Assembly (NCBI GenBank): GCA_963750165.1
Contig: CAVVPN010000003.1
Span: forward strand, 1,856,001 to 1,920,000
Direction of reading: 5' to 3'
From: an uncultured Gemmataceae bacterium
GTDB lineage: Bacteria; Planctomycetota; Planctomycetia; Gemmatales; Gemmataceae
Length of the DNA: 64,000 nt
Shown: positions 16,578-28,914 of the stretch, piece by piece
Layout of the letters: every line of letters starts with the position of its first letter
How positions within the stretch are numbered: the stretch's first letter is position 1
Translations under genes and position numbers: made by a program
The notes under the pieces: model-generated
What the model was told of the DNA's origin: nothing
Seen by the model: the letters and a program-made list of their open reading frames with translations, nothing else
Databases searched by the model: none

Positions 16578-18464
16578 ATGAACCGCACCTGGAAGCTGCT
16601 CGGCCTGGCAGCCGTGCTGCTGTCGGCGCCGGCCGCCGCGGCGCAACCGCCGAAATCCGGCCCGTTCTCCATCAAGGACAATTACACCAAGCAGGTGTTT
16701 CAAATCCCGATGCGTGACGGCGTCAAGCTGTACACCATCGTCTACTCGCCGAAGGATAAGAGTCAGAAATACCCGCTGCTGATGAACCGCACGCCCTACA
16801 GCATCGGGCCGTACGACAAGGGCCTGTACCGCTTCAGCCTCGGCCCCAACACGCACTTCGCCCGCGCGGGCTACCACTTCGTCTACCAGGACGTGCGTGG
16901 CTGCTACATGTCCGAGGGCGTCTTCGAGAACATGCGGCCGCAGCTGCCGGCTGGCAAAAAAGGCCCGAAGGACATCGACGAGAGCACCGACACCTACGAC
17001 AGCATTGAGTTTCTTGTCAAGAACGTGGCCAACAACAACGGCCGTGTCGGTCTGTACGGCATCAGCTACCCGGGCTTCTACTCGTCCGCCGGCATGGTCA
17101 ACGCCCATCCGGCGCTCAAGGCGGTCTCGCCGCAGGCGCCGATTGCCGACTGGTTCTTCGACGACTTCCACCACCACGGCACGACGTACCTGGCGCACGC
17201 GGTCGGCTTCTTTTCGCGCTTCGGCAAGGCGCGGCCCGAGCCGACCACGACGCGGCCCAGGGGGTTCGACTTCGGCACGCGCGACGGCTACCAGTTCTAC
17301 CTGAACTTCGGTTCGCTCAAGCACGTCAACGAGCGCTTCTTCAAGAACGAGATCGCGTACTGGAACGAGTTCGCGCAGCACCCCAACTACGACGAGTGGT
17401 GGCAGGCCCGCAACCTGCTGCCGCATCTCAAGAAGGTCGCGCCCGCGGTGATGACCGTCGGCGGCTGGTACGACGCCGAGGATTTGTACGGCACCTTCAA
17501 GACCTACCAGGCCGTCGAGAAGCAGAACCCGGGCGTCTTCAACGTGCTGGTGGTCGGCCCCTGGAGCCACGGCCAGTGGTCTCGCGCGGGCTCCTTCAGC
17601 ATGGGCAACATCAACTTCGGCAGCGACACGGCGTCCTTCTTCCAGAAGAACATGGAACTGCCGTTCTTCAACCACTTCCTCAAGGACAAGGGCGAGCACA
17701 AGCTGCCGGAAGCGTATGTCTTCGAGACGGGCGTCAACCGCTGGCGGCAGTTCGACCACTGGCCGCCGCAGCAGATCAAGAAGGACAAACTGTACCTGCA
17801 AGCCGGCGGCAAACTCGGCCGTCAGGCACCGCAGGACCAGGCCGGCTTCGACGAGTACGTCAGCGATCCCGCCCAGCCGGTGCCGTACACCGAGACGTTC
17901 AGCGTCGGCATGACGCAGGCGCACATGACCGACGACCAGCGTTATGCGTCGCGGCGGCCGGACGTGCTTGTCTACCAGACGGCGCCGCTGCCAGCGGACA
18001 CGACGCTGGCGGGGCCGCTGCACGTGGACCTGCATGTCAGCACCACCGGCTCCGATGCGGACTTCATCATCAAGGTGATCGACGTGTTCCCCGACAGTAC
18101 GCCGGGCGCGGTGGACGAGGGCCGGCGACCGTTGGCCGGCTATCAAATGCTGGTGCGGCACGAGGCGATGCGCGGCCGCTTCCGCAACAGCTACAGCAAG
18201 CCGGAGCCGTTCACGGCCAACGAGCCGGCGCGGATCAAACTGGAACTGCAGGATGTGCTGCACACCTTCAAGAAGGGCCACCGCATCATGGTGCAGATCA
18301 GCAGCACCTGGTTCCCGCTGATCGACCGCAATCCGCAGAAGTACGTGCCCAACATCTTCGCGGCCGCGGACAGCGATTTCATCCGCGCGACGCAGCGCAT
18401 CCACCGCTCGGCGTTGCGGCCGTCGGCGCTTGAGGTCGGGGTCTTGCCGGCGGAGAAGAAGTGA
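16578..18464 (+). CDS. CocE/NonD family hydrolase (alpha-amino-acid ester hydrolase-like), secreted
   Basis: Signal peptide, IPMRDGVKL, RTPY, QDVRG, nucleophile motif GISYPGF, GPWSHG. Confidence 0.92.
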   Translation: MNRTWKLLGLAAVLLSAPAAAAQPPKSGPFSIKDNYTKQVFQIPMRDGVKLYTIVYSPKDKSQKYPLLMNRTPYSIGPYDKGLYRFSLGPNTHFARAGYHFVYQDVRGCYMSEGVFENMRPQLPAGKKGPKDIDESTDTYDSIEFLVKNVANNNGRVGLYGISYPGFYSSAGMVNAHPALKAVSPQAPIADWFFDDFHHHGTTYLAHAVGFFSRFGKARPEPTTTRPRGFDFGTRDGYQFYLNFGSLKHVNERFFKNEIAYWNEFAQHPNYDEWWQARNLLPHLKKVAPAVMTVGGWYDAEDLYGTFKTYQAVEKQNPGVFNVLVVGPWSHGQWSRAGSFSMGNINFGSDTASFFQKNMELPFFNHFLKDKGEHKLPEAYVFETGVNRWRQFDHWPPQQIKKDKLYLQAGGKLGRQAPQDQAGFDEYVSDPAQPVPYTETFSVGMTQAHMTDDQRYASRRPDVLVYQTAPLPADTTLAGPLHVDLHVSTTGSDADFIIKVIDVFPDSTPGAVDEGRRPLAGYQMLVRHEAMRGRFRNSYSKPEPFTANEPARIKLELQDVLHTFKKGHRIMVQISSTWFPLIDRNPQKYVPNIFAAADSDFIRATQRIHRSALRPSALEVGVLPAEKK

Positions 18465-18467
18465 CCA

Positions 18468-18539
18468 GGTGAGGGGGTGAAGGGGTGAAGGGTGAAAGAC
18501 GGAAGCGTTGCTCTTTCACCCCCTCACTCCCCCATCTTC
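18468..18539. repeat. Octamer-repeat (GGTGAGGG/GGTGAAGG) hairpin element, copy 1 of 3
   Basis: GGTGAGGGGGTGAAGGGGTGAAGGGTGAAAGAC...TCTTTCACCCCCTCAC. Relatives at 23576 and 56507. Confidence 0.75.
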
Positions 18540-18711
18540 AAGAGCCGTCGGCGCCGAAGAAACCGGCCGTGCGTGACTATTCCGGCACGCCGAGCCCGGG
18601 TGCGCCGGAATAAGCTTGCCAGCCTTCCCTTCCGGCCGTTATGGTGATCTGGAACGAAGTGGTGATAGACCGGCCCCATTGCGCCTCCGCTGACCGTGGG
18701 AGAGATGAACC

Positions 18712-20424
18712 ATGCCCATCGCATTTGGCTGCCATCAGTGCGGCAAGCAACTTCAGGCCCGCGATGAGTTTGCCGGCCGGCGCCTGAAGTGCCCCGGTTG
18801 CGGCACCATCCTGACCATCCCCGGCGGAGCCGCCGCCGCACCCCCGCCCATGCTACAAGAGTCGCCGCCGCCGCCGCCGTCCAGCCCGGCCGCACCGGCC
18901 GTGGTGACGTTCGTCTGCGTCTGCGGCCGGCGCATGAAGGCACGCATCGCCGACGCTGGCAGCGAGGTCGAGTGCCCCGACTGCTCCCGGTCGCTCGTCA
19001 TCCCCAGCGAGGACACGGACGTGCCGCCGGTCGCGCCGCCGCCACCGGCCGCGGTGCAGGAGGAGCCGGCGGAGGAGCAGAACGGTCAGCCGGAGCCGAT
19101 CCCGGAACTGCAGCCCGAGCCCGTCGCCCCGGTGCCGACGCCGGCGCGGGCGGCGTTCAACCCCTGGATAGATCGCTCGCTGGAGCAGCGCACCGCTCCG
19201 TGGAAGGACGAGGACACCCGGCAGCGCAACGCCGACCGTCGTCGTGGCAACAGCGACCGTGTTGGCAGCGATCTGGTGGGCGGCCTGCAAGTGCTCCTGC
19301 TGATCGTCGTCGTGGTGTTCGGCATCTGGTTCTGGTCGGGGCTCGGGGCCAGCGAGAAGGGCGGGGACAAGGCGGCGCTGGAGGCCGAGGCCCGGGCGGC
19401 TTATGCCAAGTTCACGGCGTTGGATCTGCTGCCGGTGGAGACTGCGGGCGTGGTCGTAGAGCACTTTGACCAGCAAGGCGCGGAGGAACAGCAACTGGTC
19501 TTCCTCATGCCTGTTGACCCCGCAAAACCGAAGTCGCCACCGGCCTGGGTGCGACTGATCGCCGGCAAGAAGCCAGCGAACGCGACCGTGCTGGCCAACA
19601 ATTTCCTCGGCCCCAAACACCACATCGAGAAACACCAGCACCTCACCCTGTACGTCCGAGACGCCCCTGAACCCCCCGCCCCGCGCCCCGGAAAAGGTAT
19701 CAAACCCCCGCCGCCGCCGCCGCCGCCGGTGGCTTTGTGGGTAGTGAACGACCACCTGGTCGCCGAGGGCCTGCGCGATGCGCTCCTGAGGCTGATCGAG
19801 CGCGGCCCGAAACCGGAGCTGCGGAACCCGCTGCGCCTCCTGCTCGCCGCGGCGCCCAGGGCCAACCAGTTGATCGCCGTCAACCTCAAAGCCTTCCAGG
19901 GCCGGCCGCTCCCGAACCTGCCGAACTCGCTCGAAGTCTACGGGAAGCCCGCGGCCGTGCTCATCACGCGCAACGCGCGCCCCGTCCCCGTCCTGATATT
20001 CCAGTTCACCTACGACACACCGGCGCAGGCCAAGGCGGCCTTCAAGGCCGCTGAGCAGCGCCGGCAGCACGTGTGGGACGCCCTGAAGCAGAAACGGGCT
20101 GAGTTCGTCAACAGTCGCCGCGCCGCCTGGGTGGCCGTGACACTGCTCGAACAGGTTCCCGTCGCACCGCGTCCCCTGGGACAGTTCGCCATACCGGCGG
20201 TGCTGCTGGCCGAGTTGCCGGCCCCGCCACCGTTGCCCCCGGAGCTGGTGAACGTTGACGTCCCGCCGCCCGGCTGGAAAATCTGGTCGAAGGGCAACAC
20301 GCTGCACCAGGAGTTTGCGGACCAGCCCGCCTGGCCGGCGGCGCAGCAGCGCTTCAACCAGTTGACTCCCTGGGTCAACCACTACCGGTTCCTGGCGCTG
20401 ACCGCCGCGCCGCCGCGCAAGTGA
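18712..20424 (+). CDS. Hypothetical membrane protein with two N-terminal zinc ribbons
   Basis: CHQC...CPGC and CVC...CPDC, Pro-rich linkers and a single TM segment (VLLLIVVVVFGIWFW). Confidence 0.7.
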   Translation: MPIAFGCHQCGKQLQARDEFAGRRLKCPGCGTILTIPGGAAAAPPPMLQESPPPPPSSPAAPAVVTFVCVCGRRMKARIADAGSEVECPDCSRSLVIPSEDTDVPPVAPPPPAAVQEEPAEEQNGQPEPIPELQPEPVAPVPTPARAAFNPWIDRSLEQRTAPWKDEDTRQRNADRRRGNSDRVGSDLVGGLQVLLLIVVVVFGIWFWSGLGASEKGGDKAALEAEARAAYAKFTALDLLPVETAGVVVEHFDQQGAEEQQLVFLMPVDPAKPKSPPAWVRLIAGKKPANATVLANNFLGPKHHIEKHQHLTLYVRDAPEPPAPRPGKGIKPPPPPPPPVALWVVNDHLVAEGLRDALLRLIERGPKPELRNPLRLLLAAAPRANQLIAVNLKAFQGRPLPNLPNSLEVYGKPAAVLITRNARPVPVLIFQFTYDTPAQAKAAFKAAEQRRQHVWDALKQKRAEFVNSRRAAWVAVTLLEQVPVAPRPLGQFAIPAVLLAELPAPPPLPPELVNVDVPPPGWKIWSKGNTLHQEFADQPAWPAAQQRFNQLTPWVNHYRFLALTAAPPRK

Positions 20425-20454
20425 CCGACGCCGGCCGCGGCCAGGAGGACGCGC

Positions 20455-21827
20455 ATGGGCACCCTGCCCGAACTGATCGCCCAGAGCCAGACCACAGAAG
20501 AAGCGTTCCTGCGGCACATCTTCATCCGCGATCAGATGGCGGAGTGGAGCAAGGCGCCGCTGCTCATGGCCCGCGCCGAGGGCGTCCACTACTGGGACGT
20601 GAACGGCAAGCGTTATCTGGACGCGCTGTCCGGCATTTACGTCGTGTCACTGGGCCACGGCAACCGCCGCGTCATTGAGGCGGTGCGGCAACAGCTGGAG
20701 ACGCTGCACTTCTCGCCGCCGATGCACGGCAGCAATCCGTGGGCGGTGCAGCTGGCGAACCTGCTGGCGGAGCTGGCCCCCGGCGATCTGTCGGCGGTCA
20801 AGTTCCAGTGTGGCGGCGCCGAGGTGACCGAGGCGGCGATCAAGCTGGCCCGGCAGTACCACAAGCTGACGGGCAACCCCGGCAAGTACAAGGTCATCAG
20901 CCGCTACCAGTCGTGGCACGGCTCGACGCTGGGAGCGCTGTCGGCGTCGGGGCTGAAGTCGCGCCGCACGGTCAACGAGCCGCTGGCCCCGGGCTTCATC
21001 CACGTTTTCCCGCCAACCTGCTACCGCTGTCCGTTCGGCAAGACCTACCCCGACTGTGGCGTCACCTGCGCGACGCTGGTGGGCGACGTGATCGAGCTGG
21101 AAGACCCGGCGACGGTGGCGGCGGTGCTGGTGGAGCCGATCGGCCACACCGGCGGCGTCATCGACCCGCCCGAGGAATACCTGCCGATCCTGCGGGAAAT
21201 CTGCGACCGGCACAACGTACTGCTGATGTTCGACGAGATCATCACGGGCATCGGCCGCACGGGGCGGATGTTCGCAGCGGAGACGTTCGGGGTGCTGCCG
21301 GACGTGCTCTGCCTGGGCAAGGGCCTGGGCGGCGGTTACGTGCCGCTGTCGGCGCTGATCTGCCGGCAGCCGATCGCGGACGCCTTCTGGGGCCCGGCCG
21401 CGGAGAACCCGGGCTTCGTGGAGGGGCACACCTTCGAGGGCAATCCGGTGTCGTGCGCCGCCGGCCTGGCGGTGCTGCGCGAGATCGTCGAGCGCGACCT
21501 GTGCGGCAACGCCCGGGCGCAGGGGCGCGACTGCGGGCGGGCTTCGAGCGGTTGGCCGAGCAGCACGGCGTCATCGGCGACGTGCGCGGCAAGGGGCTGT
21601 TCCAGGCGGTCGAGTTCGTGCGTGATCGGCGGACGAAGGAGCGCTTCGCGCTGGAGCCGGGCTTTGGCGTGCGCGTTGGCCGGCGGGCGCTGGCCAACGG
21701 GCTGCTGTGCCGCTTCGACCCGCACTGGATCGCGTTCGGGCCGCCGCTGATCTCGACCGCGGCGGACATCGACGAGATGCTGGCGCTGCTGGAGCGCAGC
21801 CTGGTGGAGGTGCTGGCCGGGCTGTAA
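20455..21827 (+). CDS. Class III (PLP) aminotransferase; frameshift near 21525 (probable sequencing error)
   Basis: AEGVHYWDVNGKRYLD, LMFDEIITGIGRTG, PLP-Lys DVLCLGKGLGGGY. C-terminus (IGDVRGKGL...FGPPL) lies in the second frame. Confidence 0.88.
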
Positions 21828-22102
21828 CGCGATGGTGGCGCTCATCGACAGTCTTCCCGCCCACCAACGGCACCGCGTCCTGAATTGGTTCTTGCTCTGA
21901 TTTTCTGGCGTTCGCCAGAACCCCGCTGCCGAAGTTTAAGCAATACCTCACCCCTTCCCAACCGTTCCCCGGCAATCAGGCACCCACGCTCCAGGCGAAG
22001 TAGTCCCGCGGCCGGTTGCCGTCCGCCGCCGCCGTCCGTACACCTTCCCCGCGCCCGCCGTCATTCCGCATCCCGCACCACCTTCGCCAAAAGGGGCCTC
22101 GC

Positions 22103-23578
22103 ATGAGCCGCTTCTCTCCGCCGCTCGCGCTGCTGGCGCTGGCGCTGGCCGCGCTGCCGGCCGCCGCGCAGCAGCCGCCCGCCGTCAAGGGCAAGAAGAT
22201 GAACGTCCTGTTCATCGCCGTGGACGACCTCAACAACCGCCTCGGCTGCTACGGTGATCCCGTCGTCAAATCGCCCAACATCGACAAGCTCGCCCGTCTC
22301 GGCGTTCGCTTCAACCGGGCCTACTGCCAGTTCCCGCTGTGCAATCCCAGCCGCGCCTCCATGATGACCGGCCTGCGGCCCGACAAAACCAAGGTTTACG
22401 AGAACGCGACGCACTTCCGCAAGAACCTGCCGAACGCGGTCACCATGGCGGAGTTCTTCAAGAACCACGGCTACCTCACCATCCGCATTGGCAAGATTTT
22501 TCACTACGGCGTGCCCGGCCAGATCGGCACCTCCGGCCTGGACGACAAGCAGTCCTGGGACAGGGTCATCAACCCCATCGGCCGCGACAAGAAGGAAGAG
22601 AACCTGCTCAGGAACGCGACGAAGAACCAGAAAAACCTCGGTGCCGCCCTGTGCTGGCACGCCTCCGAGGGCACTGACCGCGAGATGACCGACGGCATTG
22701 CCGCTGACGAGGCCATCAAAATCCTGAAACAGAAGCACGACAAGCCCTTCTTCCTGGCCGTCGGGTTCTATCGGCCGCACGTGCCGTGGATCGCCCCGAA
22801 GAAATACTTCGACATGTACCCGCTCGACAAGATTCAGGTGCCGAAGGAGCAGCACCGCGACCAGGCGCCGAAGCCGGCCCTGGCCTCGACCAACGGCGAC
22901 AACTACGGCCTGCCCGAGAAGGACCTGAAGGAAGCCATTCAGGCATACTTCGCTTCCACAACGTTCCTGGACGCCCGTGTCGGCGAACTGCTCGACGAAC
23001 TGGAGCGGCAGGGGTTGCTGGAAAACACCATTATCATTTTGTGGGGCGACCACGGCTGGCACCTCGGCGAGCACGGGCTGTGGCAGAAGATGAGTCTGTT
23101 CGAGGAATCGGCGCGGGTGCCGCTGATCGTGTATGCGCCGGGCAACAAGGCCGCCGGCAAGGCCTGCAATCGCCTGGCCGAGTCCATCGACATCTACCCG
23201 ACCTTCGTCGATCTGGCCGGCTTCAAGGTGCCGAACAAGCTCGACGGCATGAGCCTGAAGCCGTTCCTGGACGACCCGACCAAACCGGGCAAGAAGGCGG
23301 CGTACACACAGGTGATGCGCGGCGGCGGCAAGAAGGAGAACGCCTTCATGGGCCGCAGCGTCCGCACGGAGCGCTGGCGCTACACCGAGTGGGACGCCGG
23401 CAAGAAGGGCGTCGAACTGTACGACCACGACGCCGACCCGAAGGAACTCAAGAACCTCGCCAGGGACCCCAAATACACCAGGGTCATTGAGGAGTTGAAA
23501 GCGCTGCTGGAGCACCCCGACCGGGCCGCGGCGCTGGGGCCGGCGCCGCCCACCGTGACCGCGGCAGAGAAGAAATGA
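22103..23578 (+). CDS. Formylglycine-dependent sulfatase (iduronate/choline sulfatase-like), secreted
   Basis: Signal peptide, [17 protein letters not shown] motif, [19 protein letters not shown]. Confidence 0.93.
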   Translation: MSRFSPPLALLALALAALPAAAQQPPAVKGKKMNVLFIAVDDLNNRLGCYGDPVVKSPNIDKLARLGVRFNRAYCQFPLCNPSRASMMTGLRPDKTKVYENATHFRKNLPNAVTMAEFFKNHGYLTIRIGKIFHYGVPGQIGTSGLDDKQSWDRVINPIGRDKKEENLLRNATKNQKNLGAALCWHASEGTDREMTDGIAADEAIKILKQKHDKPFFLAVGFYRPHVPWIAPKKYFDMYPLDKIQVPKEQHRDQAPKPALASTNGDNYGLPEKDLKEAIQAYFASTTFLDARVGELLDELERQGLLENTIIILWGDHGWHLGEHGLWQKMSLFEESARVPLIVYAPGNKAAGKACNRLAESIDIYPTFVDLAGFKVPNKLDGMSLKPFLDDPTKPGKKAAYTQVMRGGGKKENAFMGRSVRTERWRYTEWDAGKKGVELYDHDADPKELKNLARDPKYTRVIEELKALLEHPDRAAALGPAPPTVTAAEKK

Positions 23579-23649
23579 GGGGGTGAAGGGGTGAGGGGGT
23601 GACAAGACAGGGTTAGCTGCCTTTCACCCCCTCACCTCTTCATCCGTCA
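23576..23649. repeat. Octamer-repeat hairpin element, copy 2, between convergent stops
   Basis: TGAGGGGGTGAAGGGGTGAGGGGGTGAC...TTTCACCCCCTCACCTCTTCA. Confidence 0.7.
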
Positions 23650-26600
23650 CGGCCTGGGGATCGGCGGCAGGTTGCCGAGGAAGATCTGCTCCTCTTCCTC
23701 GTTGATGATGATGCGGGCAGTCACCATCACCATCAGGCTCTGCGCCTCGCGGCCATAGCCGACGTTCTTGAACAGGCGGCTGATGTACGGAATCTTGCTC
23801 AGCACCGGCGGCCCGAATTCGTTCCGCCCTTCCGACAAGGTTTTGTATCCGCCCATCAGCACCGTGCCGCCGTCCGGAATCACCACGGTCGTGTTCAGCG
23901 TGATCGTCGAGGCGGCCGGCTGCTGGAAGAACGTCTGGAAGATCACCGGCTGCGTCGATTGGATGTTGTCCTGGAACAAATTGTTCACGGGGATCTGGAT
24001 CGGCACCAGCGGCACCGTGGCCGACGCCAGGTTCGTCAATTGGGGCGCCAGGTTCATGCGCACGAAGCGCCGATCCGCGGACACCACCGGCGTCACGTTC
24101 AACGCCAGGCCGAAGAAGATCGGGTTGTTCTGCGGCTGGAACACCAGCTGCGAACCGAACGGCACCACGTTGATCTGGCTCAGGAAGAACTGGGCGTCCT
24201 GCACCTGGATGAATGCGTTCTGACCGTTGAACACCGTGATCTTCGGCGCCTGCATGACGTTGGTGCGGCGGTCGCCCTGGGCGGCCTCGATGAGCATGAA
24301 CACCTGGATGTCGCTCAGGAACGCCAGGCCCAGCGTCAGGCCGCCGTCGGCCCCGAGCGTGCCGGGGTAGCCACCGAACGGCGGCAGGCTGAAGTCGAAA
24401 CTGCTGTTGTTGATCGGCACACCCAGGTCCGGCGTGAACGTCCCTGCCGGCGTCAGACCGGAGAAGAAGTTCTGCGGCCGGAAGGCGTTGATGTAGCCCG
24501 CCGGCTGGAACTGCTGCGTCACCAGTTGCGGCTCGTACCGCGCACTGTTGTTGGTGATGTTCACGTCGAAGTTCACACCGATACGCTCGAAGAACGCCTC
24601 GCTGACCGACACCAGCCGCAGCTCAATCGCCACCTCCAGGTCCTGCAACCGCCGCAGCGCCGCCAGCAGATCGACGATCTGTTCCTGGATGTCCTGCGTC
24701 TGGTTGACCACCAGCGCCAGGCCCAGTGGGTAGTACTGGATGGTGCCCTTGCCGCCGACCGGCTCCCAGGTGTTGGGCTCCACCGTGTGCGTGACGAGCT
24801 GCATCAGCAGGCCTTCCAGCGTCGGATCCTCGCGGTCGTTCTGCCGTTGACCAGCCACGCCGCCGCCACTGAAGCCGCCGCCCGCGCCACCGCTGCTGCC
24901 GTTACCGCTGCTGTAACCGCTGCCCATCGTGCTGTCGCTGACCACCTGGCCGCCCTTGAGCGAGAATGGCCCCATGAACGGCGTCGGCCCGGCATAGTTG
25001 TAGTTCAGCGGCTGGATGTGCCGCGTCATCGACTTGTTGAAGTCCGCCACCGCCGGCAGCGAGTGGTTCGGCACCGGCACCACCAGGTCCGCCACCGGGT
25101 AGGTGACGATCTTGAGCCGGCCCTTGGCGTGCTCCTCGGTCGTCACGTTCAGCACTTCGTTGCCGATCACGTAGGTCAGCTTGGCCTGCTTGAGCAGCAG
25201 GTTCAGCGCCGACTTCAGCGAGATGTTCTCCACCTTGAGCGACAGCTGCTGGGTCATGCTGATGTTGGACTCTTCCAGGGCGGCGATGTCCGGGACGATG
25301 TTCATGTTGGCGATGTTGCTCAGGTCGCTGAGCACGTCCTTGAGCGGTACGTCCTTGTACGTCAGGCTGATTGGCTTGAGCAGGTCACGCTCGATGCCGC
25401 GCTCCCGTGGGCTGCGCGTCACCGGGTAGATCGCTGACAGGTCCGCGCGCTTTTTCACCACGTCATTCCAGCGCTGGGCGTCGCCGAAGGTCAGGGGCCG
25501 TTTCATGTTGTGGACCGCGCCCGGGTCATCGGAATCGCCATTCTCGTTGTACCAGTGCTCCCAGTTCTGTTCGACACGCTCGCTGCGCTGCTTGCCGTCG
25601 GCGGCGTCAGCATTGAGGATGGCGGCCTGGATGGCGAGGTTGTCCGGGTCAATGTCCCTGCCCTTGCAGGCAATCAGCCACGCCTCGCGGAACTTGCCCT
25701 GGCGGTAAAACTGGTTGTACTGCTTCATGATGTCCGCGATCTGGGCGTCCTTTTGAGCCCGGTCTTCCAGCCGCGCCTTTTCGGCGTGGCTGCCGTCCAT
25801 CGTGCGTGTCTGGCGCATCTGCTTCATCAGTTCTTCCTGCACCTTGAGCATCTTGTACTCGCCGGTGCGCCGCTCGACCGAACGCCGCAGCACGGCAATG
25901 CGGTCGGACGACAGCCGCGCCTCGGACAGGCTGGCGTCGAAGGCCCGCAAGATGTCCAGGGCCTGGTCGTATTCGCCGGCCTTGGCAGACGCCATCGCCC
26001 GCCGCTCCACGTCGAGCTTCTCGGCGTTCAGCTTCTGGAACTGAATGCTCTCCATCATCTTCATCTCGGCCAGGGCGGTATCGCCCGCCTTGCCCGTGCC
26101 GGGGCCGACCTGCTCGGGCATGCCCGGCGCGAAGGGCGCCAGGCCCGGCTTGCCCAGGTCCTGGACGCCAGCCTGCACGACCGCCTTGCCGCTGTACGGC
26201 GCCATCATGGGCTGCATTTCCTTGGTGGCCATGATCTCGCGCAGCCGGCTCCGACGGTCGTCCGTCAGCAGCCGCTCGTCCACGCTGGTGATGGCGATGT
26301 ACGCCTGCTTGTAGTCCTGGTGCAGGAAGGCGTCGTAGCCCGCGTCGAAGTTGCGGTTGACGGCCAGCTGCTTCTGGGCCAGCTCCTCCGTGTCGATGCT
26401 GCGGAGCACGTCGGCCGCGGCCGCCTGCAGGCCGTATTGCGGCTGGTACGCCTCTTCCGCCAGCGCCCGGGCCTCGCGCGTCTTGCCGGCCCGCAATTCC
26501 AGGCGCGCCTTGTCGAGCAACTCCAGACCGTGCTTGCGCGGGTCGGCCTTCGTCTGCGCGACACCAATGGGCGGCAGGGTCGGAACCTGGGCGATGGTCG

Positions 26601-28658
26601 GCGGCACCGGCGGCAGCTGGGCGATGGTCGGCGGCACCGGCGGCACCTGGGCGATGGCCGGGGCGGGACCGCCGCCGCGCTGCAGCTGCCGCAGCCAGTC
26701 GGTCTTCTGCTCGATGGGCGCCTGGTCATGGTGGAAGACGGCGGCCAGCTGCCGGGCCTGGCCGAGCAGTTCGGCCGCCTTCTGGAAGCGGGCCGGATCC
26801 TGGCTGCGCACGGCGGTGTCCTCGGCATTGCGGAGCAGCACCTGCACCCGGGCCGTGGCGTTCACGCCGAGCGTCTGCAGCACCTGCGCGGGCGTGTCCT
26901 CACCCGGGCCGAAGGTGACGCCGCCCTTCTGAGCCTGCAGCGCCCACTGCTGCGCCTCGTTGGCCTTGATGCCGGCCTCGACCAGCTTGCCCTGCCGCTC
27001 CAGCACTTGTGCCTCGATCAGCAGTTCGCGGGCAGTGTTGCGTGCCTGCAGGGCGAGGACGGACGGCTGCGCCGGTTTGTTGTCGTGGACGTTCGGGGTG
27101 GACCGGTTGTTCTTGACGACGGGGGTGCTCTGCTTGCGCTGGTTGGCCTCGGTGACCTCGATCTCGTTGAGCAGCCAGTCGGCGCGGTCGCCCAGCTCCA
27201 GGATGCCGTACGGCCCGTGCAGCTGGCGCGCCCGATACGCCTTGGCCTTGGCCTCGGCCAGTTCGCCGCGCTGGAAGTGCCGGCGAGCCTCCTCGGTCAG
27301 TTTGATGGACTCCTCACGGTTGCGCCAGGCCCGCTCGCGGCGGATTTCATGGTGCAGCTTGTCCGGCGAGTCCTCGAACAGGCCCCAGTGCGTCGGCAGG
27401 CTGGCGGCGCAGGCGCAGAGCCGCTCGGCCTCGTCGAGCTTGTGCTGCTGCAACTGTTCGCGGGCCTGACGCAGAACCTGGCGCGGATCTTCCTTGTCCT
27501 TGACCACCTGCGGATTGGGCCGCAGGTCACCGCTGAGCGGCGGGCCGTTCCGGGCGAAGTTCGGATCGGCGCCGGCGCGCCGCCCTGGGAGCGGCGGTAA
27601 ATCTCCGCCAGCATCTTGTCCGGGTTGTCGTCCCACCACTCCAGGCGCGGCCGCAGTGCCTTGGCCTCCAGGGCGAGGTTCTGGGCCTTTTGCAGATCGT
27701 TGGCCGCCAGCGCCTGCCTGGCCTGCTGGAGCTTGACGCGGGCCTTGACCGTCTCGACGCTGACGGGCTGGGCGCCCTGCGGCGGCTGGGCCGGCGGCGG
27801 CGGGGCGGTGGCGGCGGGACCGGCGACGGTGGACGGCGTGTTCGGCGCCAGCGACGGCGGGCTGGAGTTCGTGGTGTGCGGCACGGCCGGAGGCTGCTGG
27901 GAGCCATCCGCCGGGCCGCGAGCGAACATGCCCTTGACGGCGTTGATCGGGGCCATCAGCGGCGAGGACGCCTCCTGCTTCTCGGGCGGCCGCGAGGCGG
28001 CCTGCTTGGCGCGGGCGGCCTGCACGTCTTGCAGCAGTCGGGCGGGGCTGTCGTCCCAGGGCCGCAGCCACTGCGGAATGATGCCGCCGTTGGCCTTCTC
28101 GGCCTGTTTGCCCAGGGCCTCGGCGCCGTTGAGATCGCCCTGTTGCAGCGCAGCGCGGCCCTGGGTGAGCAGCGTGCGCACGTCGGCCGGCGGCGCCGCC
28201 GGGGTGGCGGCCGGCGCGGTGCGCAGGCGGTCGCCGAGCTGGTCGCGGAGCTGCTTGTCGCCCGCGGTCAGGTACTGGTTGGCCTGCACTGATTTGAGCA
28301 GGTCGGCGGCCTCCTGGGTCTTGCCCAGTTTCAGGGCGTCGTCGGCACGGCGGAGGCGGTCCTGGCCGTCGCGCTGCGACTGCAGCGCCGTGGTGTTGCG
28401 GCGCACGAGGTCTTGCAGGTCCTTCTGCTCATCGGGCAGCAACTCATTCTGGTTATTCTGCACCTGCAAGAAGTACAGGGCGGCAGCCTGGAAGTCGCCG
28501 CGGCTGTAGAGGTCGCGGGCGCGCTGCAGGTTGGCCCGCGCCCGGCCGGTCGGCTGGCCGTCCGTGACCTGGCCCGGTAGTATGCTCGTTGACAACAGCG
28601 TCAGCAGCAGGGCCGCGAGCGCACCCGTGCCGAACCACCGCCTGCGCCACCCCAACAT
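23647..28658 (-). CDS. Giant secretin (GspD/PilQ-like) with long helical/TPR-like N-terminus; frameshift near 27580 (probable sequencing error)
   Basis: Signal MLGWRRRWFGTGALAALLL. STN-like domain (ISLTYKDVPLKDVL...ISLKSALNLLL), N3 domain (LVVNQTQDIQEQI) and secretin motifs (APKITVFNGQ, PVVSADRRFVRMNL, PVLSKIPYISRLF, LMVMVTARII). Confidence 0.82.
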
Positions 28659-28914
28659 TGCCTTCAAGCTACCCACCCTTGGCCTCCTTTCCCCGGTCGG
28701 ACCCCCGCTATTTCCGGCGCGGCGGCAGAGCACGTCCTGACGCCGCCCCGCGCCGAAGCCGTCCCGGCCGCGCCGCCGCCGCACGCCATCCCCAGGGCGT
28801 CGCGGCACCGACGTGGCGCGGCCGGAAATGTATTTTTCGCTCAAGTAGGGACAGTTAAGCGACGGGACCATAGCGACCGGGCCGCCGGCAGTCAAGGCCG
28901 TCTCGCAGCCCCCT

